This document shows positions 50,329 through 58,410 of a stretch of DNA of 64,000 nt, in pieces. The number at the start of each line of letters is the position of its first letter. Position 1 is the first letter of the stretch. The position numbers were made by a program, and so were the translations under genes. The notes beneath the pieces are model-generated. The model saw only the letters and a program-made list of their open reading frames with translations, was not told the origin of the DNA and did not search any database. This DNA comes from a virus. Taxonomy: Duplodnaviria > Caudoviricetes. Location: the IMG/VR virus record IMGVR_UViG_3300029288_000085, positions 32,001 to 96,000 of that record, one strand, 5' to 3'.

Positions 50329-50748
50329 TTATAATTTAATATGACGGCAACCAAAATTTGCTACAAAGATAAATATTTCCCCTCCTTCTTGGGTTTCTAA
50401 TAAAATAGGGGAACTCTGTACTGCATGAATAACACCATTTGCACTAGCCAAAATATTGTCATTATTGTCAAGTCTGTTAATAATTGATTGCGTTGTTCTG
50501 AATCCTTTTTCAGCATCTTTTATCTTTAATCTTATCTGAAAAGCTGATTCCTGCCTTTCACCTTTGTCATATGGTTTTCCTCCTGGATATGGCAATATGG
50601 TCAAACATTTAGTTGAAGTAGCATCCTCTATACCAATAAATAGGTTTGTCCCACCAGTAAATGCTACTCCAAACTGAGTAACTATTTCATGAGTTGCTGA
50701 CAAGTCATCAAAGTACTTTTTTATTTCATTTCCCAAGAAGTTAGCCAT
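50329..50748 (-). CDS. Tail terminator / minor structural protein
   Basis: GTNLFIG...YPGG...FQIRL...QSSPI; position. Confidence 0.65.
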   Translation of the reverse strand: MANFLGNEIKKYFDDLSATHEIVTQFGVAFTGGTNLFIGIEDATSTKCLTILPYPGGKPYDKGERQESAFQIRLKIKDAEKGFRTTQSIINRLDNNDNILASANGVIHAVQSSPILLETQEGGEIFIFVANFGCRHIKL

Positions 50749-50752
50749 ATTA

Positions 50753-51520
50753 TTATACCTCAGCGGTTAGCCCGCCCCAATGCCCTTTGCTTCTAACATC
50801 CTCAAAACGGATATCTACAGTATCAACTTCGTAATGTGTTTTACTTTGTTTCTTAACCTTTATACCTTTAGCTATATCTTTTTCTACTGCTTTAATTGAA
50901 TTACGTATATAGCTGACTACTTCAGCTTTATGCTGCAACCAAGGTAATTCCAAGTATTTAGGACCAGTCCCTGGACTTCTAGCATACCATCCACTTCTTA
51001 TACCTTTAAATCTATCTTCATAAGGTTGTAAAGCCTCATGAGTCCACAAAGCAATATCAAGACCCGTTTCTTCACTTATTCTTTGATATGAAATATCCCC
51101 AGAAACTGTTTTATAATTTCTATCTGCAAATCGTGATGGAATCATTTTAGATAAATTTACTGAAACAGAGCCATCCTTATTACCAGTAGCAATTGTAATA
51201 TAATTGGTTTTATTCATATCTCCTAGATATATCCTAGCCGTGCCACTCTCTCTTAACTTTCCAGTAGATGGTTTTTGTAGTTTGCCGTCTACGTAACCAC
51301 CAGGAAAATATGGTACAATTGGTTGTACATACCCCATTATATACGCTAACCCTTCAGCAACAGCCCTAGCAGCATAATAAGTTACAATTGGCCCAATCTG
51401 TTTTATATTCTTGATAGCCTTATCAAATTCCACATCAGAAGTAGCAAAACTCACACCACCAGAATCAACTAGTGGTTTTGGTCCTTTTCCTAATTCTGGT
51501 ACTTTGATTTCCATTTTCAT
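50753..51520 (-). CDS. Tail completion / neck protein (HK97 gp10-like)
   Basis: VP...TGKLRESG...HE...GTGPKYLE. Confidence 0.65.
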   Translation of the reverse strand: MKMEIKVPELGKGPKPLVDSGGVSFATSDVEFDKAIKNIKQIGPIVTYYAARAVAEGLAYIMGYVQPIVPYFPGGYVDGKLQKPSTGKLRESGTARIYLGDMNKTNYITIATGNKDGSVSVNLSKMIPSRFADRNYKTVSGDISYQRISEETGLDIALWTHEALQPYEDRFKGIRSGWYARSPGTGPKYLELPWLQHKAEVVSYIRNSIKAVEKDIAKGIKVKKQSKTHYEVDTVDIRFEDVRSKGHWGGLTAEV

Positions 51521-51550
51521 ATAGTTATATCACTAACTTACTAATGATGA

Positions 51551-51868
51551 CTACTTTAAATATAAGACCACATGATCTATTTCACCTGCTAGATCTCTCG
51601 GTTTTCTTATTTTTACTATCTTATATTTCAGACTATCTTTCTCTATAACATAAGACTCTAGAATAGTATTGTATTCTGGAGAAAGATATACTCTTATATC
51701 ATAATCTAATGCTTCAGCTACATTTGAGAGATCTTTTAGTGTGCCTTCTTCCCACCGACATTGTACATCGTGATATACGGTGGTTGTAACTAATTTTCCA
51801 TATGCATTCTTAGTAGTTGAATATATATAGTCAATGCTATTATTCAATAAACCTGCTGTAATTGACAT
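51551..51868 (-). CDS. Head closure / head-tail joining protein
   Basis: NAYG...VQCRWE...DLAGEIDHVVLYL; position. Confidence 0.65.
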   Translation of the reverse strand: MSITAGLLNNSIDYIYSTTKNAYGKLVTTTVYHDVQCRWEEGTLKDLSNVAEALDYDIRVYLSPEYNTILESYVIEKDSLKYKIVKIRKPRDLAGEIDHVVLYLK

Positions 51869-52057
51869 TTATTTACCTTTCTTTTTTCGCTTAAAGCCCT
51901 TGAGCGTCTTAGCAAGTGCTCACCTACGTTTGCTTGTAGATGAGAGGCTAGACTGAGCACAATATTCAGAAATTGACATCCCTCTACGATCTGCGGAGGC
52001 TATCAAACTTCCTTTTTTAGAAATAGCACTGGCGATCCAATTCTTTTTCTTAGCCAT
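51869..52057 (-). CDS. 62-aa basic protein with an in-frame TGA at codon 46
   Basis: MAKKKNWIASAISKKGSL...EYCAQSSLSSTSKRR(TGA)ALAKTLKGFKRKKKGK; its TAA abuts the next ATG. Confidence 0.6.
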
Positions 52058-52313
52058 CTAACTCATCACTTCCAATATCAGAATTCACAGTGTCTAAAAC
52101 TATGTCTGATTTACTTATCACTTTTCGTTTTATCTTAACTGGAGTCCATCTCATACGTTTTGATCTCTTCCGTGAAAAGGTATCACCGTTTGTCGATCTT
52201 AGAAGAACTCTGCCATTATTCAAAAACTTAACAAATTCAATCTTGTACCATTTATATCTTAATGAGTGTATTTCAACATACACCTTCTTTTGTTTTTTGA
52301 ATTGTTTTTTCAT
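52050..52313 (-). CDS. Basic hypothetical protein
   Basis: ORF coupled to both neighbours. Confidence 0.55.
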   Translation of the reverse strand: MKKQFKKQKKVYVEIHSLRYKWYKIEFVKFLNNGRVLLRSTNGDTFSRKRSKRMRWTPVKIKRKVISKSDIVLDTVNSDIGSDELDG

Positions 52314-52477
52314 TATTTTCTTTTCCGTTTATTTCTCCTTGTTATTGGAGATTTTGATTTTCTTCTTTTTCTTTTATTCCACCCTTTTGCATGTCCATGT
52401 TCACTGACCCACTTTTTCCAAATATCTGGGTGGTTTATCATTAAAAAATACTCTTGGTCTATAGAGGCAAAAGGCAT
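52313..52477 (-). CDS. 54-aa basic phage protein (MPFxS..Q type)
   Basis: MPFASIDQEYFLMINHPDIWKKWVSEHG + Arg/Lys tail; TAATG overlaps. Confidence 0.6.
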   Translation of the reverse strand: MPFASIDQEYFLMINHPDIWKKWVSEHGHAKGWNKRKRRKSKSPITRRNKRKRK

Positions 52478-52560
52478 TATTTAGGACACCTCATCTCATA
52501 ATATCTACATCCTTTTTGTTGGTGTACTTCTTTACACTCTTTACAAAAAGTAATTCTCAT
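52477..52560 (-). pseudogene. C-terminal relic of the Zn-finger HNH family
   Basis: MRITFCKECKEVHQQKGCRYYEMRCPK matches the C-termini of 49381..50319 and 25088..25963. Confidence 0.65.
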
Positions 52561-53586
52561 TTAACATCTTCCGATCCGAATATTCTTGCGTATATATCTA
52601 GACAATAATTTTTTGGCTAATGAACATATTGAAGTCTTTTCAGATGAAGATCCATCACCAAAACTTACAGCTACATCTCCTATTGCTACACTTCTAGCTC
52701 CTAAATCTTTGTATGTTGAAAGTGTTTCAATCTGTTGGTTTTCTGCAATGAAAAGAGTCTGTTCACTCTGTGCATCTTTTATATCTTTAGATAGTGGAAA
52801 AAATAACTTGAATTGAGAGTTAATTGTAGGAGACGCTGAAAACGATGATTCAAGTGTTATAGATCCGGTGGTTACATTTGATTTACTGATATTTCTTATT
52901 TCATAAAGTGGAGTACCAGTAGTTATATGTATAGTACCTTTTGCAAAAAAATTGGTTGGATATTCATTATAAGTAGATGATTTCAATGTGGAATTTCTAA
53001 AGGAACTAGTTGTAAATGGGGTTCCACAGTTACCAGTTTTTACTTCATGATCATCTCGTGGAAATTGTAATGCTTGTGAATCATAATATTTCTGACCAAT
53101 AAAACTAAATGAATCTATTTCTTTTGCTGATTCAATTAGTAGTCTTTTTTTACCTTCAACATCCAAAGTATCCCACTTATTATCATGCCCATACTTATTT
53201 CTGATATAATCATTTGCTTCCTTTAAAGTGATATATGAATTTGCACTCATATCACCTAAATTCGTATTTAATGTAACATTTCCAAACACTTCACAAGTTA
53301 TATATTTTATATATCTATCTCCAGTGCTAGTCTTTGCACGAATTTTAATCGAATAAGTTTCACCAGTTACTCCTCTATTGAGTCTAAATTTACCTGTTCT
53401 TGGAGAACTTGCAGAAACATTAGACATCATACTGGCATTTTTAGACACATTGTTGTTATCATAAATAGATGCCCAACAACTAGCAATAGTATCACCAGAG
53501 GGAAATTCGTTTGTAAAGTCGTACTTTACATTGAATATTTCTGCTGGATACTTATATAACCAAGAATTTTCATAGGTAAATTTCAT
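52561..53586 (-). CDS. Head-tail connector with extra N-terminal (fibre-adaptor-like) and inserted domains
   Basis: ANSYITLKEANDY...LIESAKEID..FIGQK...QALQFPR...DIKDAQSE...AKKLLSRY; N-terminal KYPAE...YDF....GDTIAS. Confidence 0.7.
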   Translation of the reverse strand: MKFTYENSWLYKYPAEIFNVKYDFTNEFPSGDTIASCWASIYDNNNVSKNASMMSNVSASSPRTGKFRLNRGVTGETYSIKIRAKTSTGDRYIKYITCEVFGNVTLNTNLGDMSANSYITLKEANDYIRNKYGHDNKWDTLDVEGKKRLLIESAKEIDSFSFIGQKYYDSQALQFPRDDHEVKTGNCGTPFTTSSFRNSTLKSSTYNEYPTNFFAKGTIHITTGTPLYEIRNISKSNVTTGSITLESSFSASPTINSQFKLFFPLSKDIKDAQSEQTLFIAENQQIETLSTYKDLGARSVAIGDVAVSFGDGSSSEKTSICSLAKKLLSRYIRKNIRIGRC

Positions 53587-53599
53587 TTGACATACTTCC

Positions 53600-55810
53600 T
53601 TATTTAAATGTTGTTTTCCTTTTATTGGATATAAAGCTTCTAGATCTCGTTATAATTAGACTAGATGACTTTCTTATTTCTGCAAAATTTCTTGTTCTTT
53701 CTAAATCATTAAATTCATATCTGAATACATCATATGATGAACTTTGTGAACTAGAGCTAGAAGACTTTGAGCTAGATGATTTAGAACTAGAAGACTTAGA
53801 GCTAGAAGACTTTGAGCTAGACGACTTAGAACTACTGACAGAGCTAGAACTTTGTGAACTAGAGCTAGAAGACTTAGAACTAGACGACTTAGAACTACTA
53901 ACAGAACTAGAACTTTGTGAACTAGAACTAGAAGACTTAGAACTACTAACCGAACTAGAGCTAGAAGACTTAGAACTACTTTGTGAGCTAGAACTAGATG
54001 ATTTAGAACTAGACGACTTAGAACTACTAACCGAACTAGAGCTAGAAGACTTTGAGCTAGAAGACTTAGAACTACTTTGTGAGCTAGAACTAGATGATTT
54101 AGAACTACTTTGTGAGCTAGAACTAGAAGACTTAGAACTACTTTGTGAGCTAGAACTAGAAGACTTAGAACTACTTTGTGAGCTAGAACTAGATGATTTA
54201 GAACTACTTTGTGAGCTAGAACTAGATGATTTAGAACTACTAACCGAACTAGAGCTAGAAGACTTAGAACTACTAACAGAACTAGAACTTTGTGAACTAG
54301 AACTAGAAGACTTAGAACTACTAACCGAACTAGAGCTAGAAGACTTAGAGCTACTAACCGAACTAGAACTAGATGACTTAGAGCTACTAACCGAACTAGA
54401 ACTAGATGACTTAGAGCTACTTTGTGAGCTAGAACTCTGTGAACTAGAACTAGAAGACTTAGAACTAGATGATTTAGAACTACTAACAGAACTAGAGCTA
54501 GAAGACTTAGAACTACTAACAGAGCTAGAACTCTGTGAACTAGAACTAGAAGACTTAGAACTAGATGATTTAGAACTACTAACAGAACTAGAGCTAGAAG
54601 ACTTAGAACTACTTTGTGAACTAGAACTAGAAGACTTAGAACTAGATGATTTAGAACTACTAACCGAACTAGAACTTTGTGAACTAGAGCTAGAAGACTT
54701 AGAACTACTAACAGAACTAGAACTTTGTGAACTAGAACTAGATGATTTAGAACTACTCTGTGAACTAGAGCTAGAAGACTTAGAACTACTTTGTGAACTA
54801 GAACTAGAAGACTTAGAACTAGACGACTTAGAACTCGACGACTTAGAACTACTAACAGAACTAGAACTCTGTGAACTAGAACTAGAAGACTTAGAACTAG
54901 ATGATTTAGAACTACTGACAGAGCTAGAACTCTGTGAACTAGAACTAGACGACTTAGAACTACTAACCGAACTAGAGCTAGAAGACTTTGAGCTAGAAGA
55001 CTTAGAACTACTTTGTGAGCTAGAACTAGATGATTTAGAACTACTTTGTGAGCTAGAACTAGAAGACTTAGAACTACTAACCGAACTAGAGCTAGAAGAC
55101 TTAGAACTACTTTGTGAGCTAGAACTAGATGATTTAGAACTAGATCTACTTGAACTTATACTTGAAGAACTTTTACTAGAAGATGATTTACTTGAACTAG
55201 ACTTAGAACTAGATGATTTAGAACTACTTTGTGAGCTAGAACTAGAACTAACAAAAGTACCCCCGCCAAAATCATCAATTCTAAGATTAGTTCCATAACA
55301 ACATAGTCCGATATATCCAGCAGACCCATAAGTTGAATCTGTTGTGGATAATTTTTCAGTCCATGCTCCTCCTGTGTAATAATAAGCTTTTAAGGCTGTA
55401 CCTATCGCCGAAAGTCCAATTTTCTCCCCACTGGCTACATTCTGAGTCGTAGTTGCTAAGGTTGTCCATCCACCATTAAGCATCTCGTTGATGTCCCATG
55501 TGTCAGGAGAATCATTCAGATTTATATCTAAAATATATCCATCGCAAGTACCAATGTTTAAGGTTGTAGTTCTAATTGCAAGAGATACTTCATCATTAGT
55601 TACAGTGGATATAGTTGCAAAGACTTCGGAAGCAGCCCCAAATGTTGCAGTGTCCCAAGCTCCAACATTAAGGGCACCAGCAGTTCCTCCTGTACACGCA
55701 TTACTCTGAATCTTAAGTGTATTGAGCATATTCGTCCAATTCGCATTGGGCGGGGTGGTATTATTCGCACCCGTGAATGTTTCAATTACACCAGTAGTAG
55801 GAAATGCCAT
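53600..55810 (-). CDS. Serine-rich repeat protein: ~185-aa globular domain, ~500-aa Ser stalk, short basic C-terminus
   Basis: Translation; TAATG-type coupling to the upstream gene; flanked by - strand structural genes. Confidence 0.85.
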   Translation of the reverse strand: MAFPTTGVIETFTGANNTTPPNANWTNMLNTLKIQSNACTGGTAGALNVGAWDTATFGAASEVFATISTVTNDEVSLAIRTTTLNIGTCDGYILDINLNDSPDTWDINEMLNGGWTTLATTTQNVASGEKIGLSAIGTALKAYYYTGGAWTEKLSTTDSTYGSAGYIGLCCYGTNLRIDDFGGGTFVSSSSSSQSSSKSSSSKSSSSKSSSSKSSSSISSSRSSSKSSSSSSQSSSKSSSSSSVSSSKSSSSSSQSSSKSSSSSSQSSSKSSSSKSSSSSSVSSSKSSSSSSQSSSSVSSSKSSSSKSSSSSSQSSSSVSSSKSSSSKSSSSKSSSSSSQSSSKSSSSSSQSSSKSSSSSSQSSSSVSSSKSSSSSSQSSSSVSSSKSSSSKSSSSSSQSSSKSSSSSSVSSSKSSSSKSSSSSSQSSSSVSSSKSSSSSSVSSSKSSSSKSSSSSSQSSSSQSSSKSSSSSSVSSSKSSSSSSVSSSKSSSSSSVSSSKSSSSSSQSSSSVSSSKSSSSSSVSSSKSSSSSSQSSSKSSSSSSQSSSKSSSSSSQSSSKSSSSSSQSSSKSSSSSSQSSSKSSSSKSSSSSSVSSSKSSSSKSSSSSSQSSSKSSSSSSVSSSKSSSSSSQSSSSVSSSKSSSSKSSSSSSQSSSSVSSSKSSSSKSSSSKSSSSKSSSSKSSSSSSQSSSYDVFRYEFNDLERTRNFAEIRKSSSLIITRSRSFISNKRKTTFK
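53735..55249 (-). repeat. Mosaic coding tandem repeat (SSSK / SSSSSSQ / SSSSSSV units)
   Basis: Units such as GAAGACTTAGAACTA, CTTTGTGAGCTAGAACTA and CTAACCGAACTAGAGCTA recur across ~1.5 kb. Confidence 0.95.
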
Positions 55811-56319
55811 TAGCTGTTCGCTACCTCATCATCAGTTGCATCAATACTTTTTGTTGGTCGTGTATCACCATCAACTACTAATTCTCCACTTGTAGTATCT
55901 AATCTAGGAGTTAGTCTTCTTCTAGCAGCAAATCTTAAGACATCACCTAAAGTTTTTTCTCCAATATCACTTCCAATATTATCTCTAATCTCTTGTAGAG
56001 GATACCCCATATTTCTAAGTTTATTTACAATCGTACTTTTCTGTTGTGATGTGAGATCAGATAATGAATGTGACAACATATTCTTAGGTAATCGTATAAC
56101 TCCTGTTAATGCAGCTATAGCATTCAAAGTCTGATCAGATGCCCGTATTTTAGCAATTATTACATTTCCAAGAGCTTCAGATCCCGCCCAAGCTCCACCA
56201 TCTCCAAAAATCTGACTTGATAATTCTAAGAATTTTGGTCTTCTAGTCCATTTTGGAAATCCGTTTGGATCAGGATTAACCCATATAGTATAAGGTGCTA
56301 TAAACCATGCTACAGACAT
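55810..56319 (-). CDS. Hypothetical protein coupled to the Ser-rich gene
   Basis: SD GGGGAA; stop overlaps the next start. Confidence 0.6.
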   Translation of the reverse strand: MSVAWFIAPYTIWVNPDPNGFPKWTRRPKFLELSSQIFGDGGAWAGSEALGNVIIAKIRASDQTLNAIAALTGVIRLPKNMLSHSLSDLTSQQKSTIVNKLRNMGYPLQEIRDNIGSDIGEKTLGDVLRFAARRRLTPRLDTTSGELVVDGDTRPTKSIDATDDEVANS

Positions 56320-56345
56320 TGTAGAATTCCCCCTTTTAAATATTA

Positions 56346-57047
56346 CTATGCTAAAATATAATATTTTCTCAACAAACTGTCGAGACGTTCTGATACTGAA
56401 ACAATACCAGTATTCTTTCTATTCAACCTATGAATTTCCCAAGCAATCCTACTAAGCGGATTCATATGAGAAACTAAGATAGGCTTTTCAGCTCTTTGTC
56501 CTCTTTCTTTATAACCAGAACATCCTACATTATAGGTAGAATTGATTATAGTTACTCTATCTCTAACTGTGGATGACTTTAGAATTTTATTAAGGGTTGG
56601 TTCTTCTTTATTCTCACCCTTTGAAATAATAGTTGTTATAATGTTTATTATATCTTTTGCTGCTGGATATCTCCAAAATACACTTCCACCATTTAATTTA
56701 GGATTACTGTATGTTGCAATTCCTACATCTTTTATTTCTGGTGGATCGAACTTATAATTTTGCCAACAATCTAGGTCTTGACTCCATATGATGTTATCAT
56801 TAATAAGATTTTCAAAAATCCACAGTAATGCAAACATCTTTGACCCAGTTAAACAATGTTTATTCAATTCTATATTATTTGCACTTACTCCCATAAATTC
56901 AAAATCAAAATTACTCACTAAGATAATATCCTTCTTATTCCATTCTAATTCAATCATGTTATCTATCTGTGCTTTTAAATTAGTGATTATATTTTCTTTT
57001 GAATAACGACCTTTTGATTGCACGTTTGCAACCATTAATCTTTTCAT
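56346..57047 (-). CDS. GT-A fold glycosyltransferase-like protein
   Basis: SKMF, QDLD (DxD), NGGSVF, EEPTLN, YNVG. Confidence 0.6.
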   Translation of the reverse strand: MKRLMVANVQSKGRYSKENIITNLKAQIDNMIELEWNKKDIILVSNFDFEFMGVSANNIELNKHCLTGSKMFALLWIFENLINDNIIWSQDLDCWQNYKFDPPEIKDVGIATYSNPKLNGGSVFWRYPAAKDIINIITTIISKGENKEEPTLNKILKSSTVRDRVTIINSTYNVGCSGYKERGQRAEKPILVSHMNPLSRIAWEIHRLNRKNTGIVSVSERLDSLLRKYYILA

Positions 57048-57895
57048 ATATCTATCTCTTGCTCAAAATTCTTAATAAGATGTGCCTTACCCCAATGTTG
57101 ATTCATATTTGCTTTAAATTTTTTACAAGCAATATTACAAAGTGAAATTAAAGCATTTCTTCTCTGGGTATACTTCCAATCTTTATCAGGATAGTTATCA
57201 ATAAAATGACGTTTATGATGTTCTACTACTTGACAGAAATCACCAGTGAACTTTGTTATTGTAAATCCCAAATGGTATGCTCTACACAGAATATCCTCAT
57301 CATCAAATCCATAAGCAGAACCGAAGGATTCATCGTAGCCTCCTAAATCATCAATAAATCTACTTTTGAAAAATCCTAATCTTCCTCTATTTGTTTGCTT
57401 ACTCTTAATAAAGACTAGTTTGTCAGTATCAAACTGATTAGCTATTTCATTTATTCTTTTCGAAAATCCAAAAAGGGTTAAATGATCTGCATCAACATTA
57501 TTGACTATATCTCCTGATGCAATTTTGAAAGCTATGTTTCGTGAGTGTGTCATACTATAGAACTTTGGTTCTATTGTTTTATAGTAATTCAAATAACCTT
57601 CTTTAATATATTCTGACAACTCATGCTTAACAAAGTCATCCATATCATCATTACTGTTATAGTTCAATAATACAAACTCCGTATTTGGGTACGTTTCAAT
57701 ATTATCAATTAAATTAGTAACATATGTTTTTTTAAGATCATAAGTTCTTCCCATACACGTAGTGCAAATTGAAATCTTATATTCTTTTCTTATTGGATTT
57801 ATAAATTCTGGTAAAACATACTCAAGGTTGAAATACTTTTCCCACACGTCTTCATTAGTCAAACCTAATAAGAAATCATCTCTCATCCTCATCAT
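57044..57895 (-). CDS. GT2-family glycosyltransferase
   Basis: ISICTTCMGR, SRNIAF..ASGD, VDAD, GGYDE...YGFDDED. Confidence 0.85.
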   Translation of the reverse strand: MMRMRDDFLLGLTNEDVWEKYFNLEYVLPEFINPIRKEYKISICTTCMGRTYDLKKTYVTNLIDNIETYPNTEFVLLNYNSNDDMDDFVKHELSEYIKEGYLNYYKTIEPKFYSMTHSRNIAFKIASGDIVNNVDADHLTLFGFSKRINEIANQFDTDKLVFIKSKQTNRGRLGFFKSRFIDDLGGYDESFGSAYGFDDEDILCRAYHLGFTITKFTGDFCQVVEHHKRHFIDNYPDKDWKYTQRRNALISLCNIACKKFKANMNQHWGKAHLIKNFEQEIDI

Positions 57896-58410
57896 AGTTT
57901 AGTTGCCCACACACAATCCTCTAACAGTGTAATATTGTTACCAAATAATCTATCTATCACTACAGCTACATCCTTATGTCTTCGAGAATTATAGTCATGC
58001 CCAGACAATATACCATCTTTTCTGATATGAGGAATCCAAGCAATGATATCCCGTTCTAATGCTGCCATGGAATGATCTGCGTCTATATAAACCATGTCAA
58101 AATATTCTAGTGGAAATATACTTGCTGCTTCAACAGATTCCATCCTTAAAACTTTCAAAGCAGAAAAATATCTCATTAAAGTACAGGCATATTTATATAG
58201 ACTATTCCAATCGTTTGGAGTAAGTCTAGACATACGACCTTTATCACTTCCAAAGAAGCACCACGAATCAATTGCCCAATATTCCTTCACTTGTTTAGTA
58301 TTCTTAAGTACATGTTTTACGGTTTTACTTTTCCATATTCCTACTTCTGCAATCCTTTTACACTTATTATCTAGTATAAGTTTTAATACTGATTCACTAT
58401 GAATTGGCAT
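57892..58410 (-). CDS. Class I SAM-dependent methyltransferase (Methyltransf_24-like)
   Basis: AEVGIW, AIDSW, FDMVYIDADH, GILSGHDY. Confidence 0.85.
   Translation of the reverse strand: MPIHSESVLKLILDNKCKRIAEVGIWKSKTVKHVLKNTKQVKEYWAIDSWCFFGSDKGRMSRLTPNDWNSLYKYACTLMRYFSALKVLRMESVEAASIFPLEYFDMVYIDADHSMAALERDIIAWIPHIRKDGILSGHDYNSRRHKDVAVVIDRLFGNNITLLEDCVWATKL

Noticed and set aside
53735-55249. CRISPR array
   Set aside because: No unique spacers; the units are in-frame coding modules.
53625-55298. 557-aa Leu/Glu/Asp ORF on the + strand
   Set aside because: Antisense shadow of the Ser repeat: it spans little more than the repeat, lies against the strand of all neighbours and has no clear SD.
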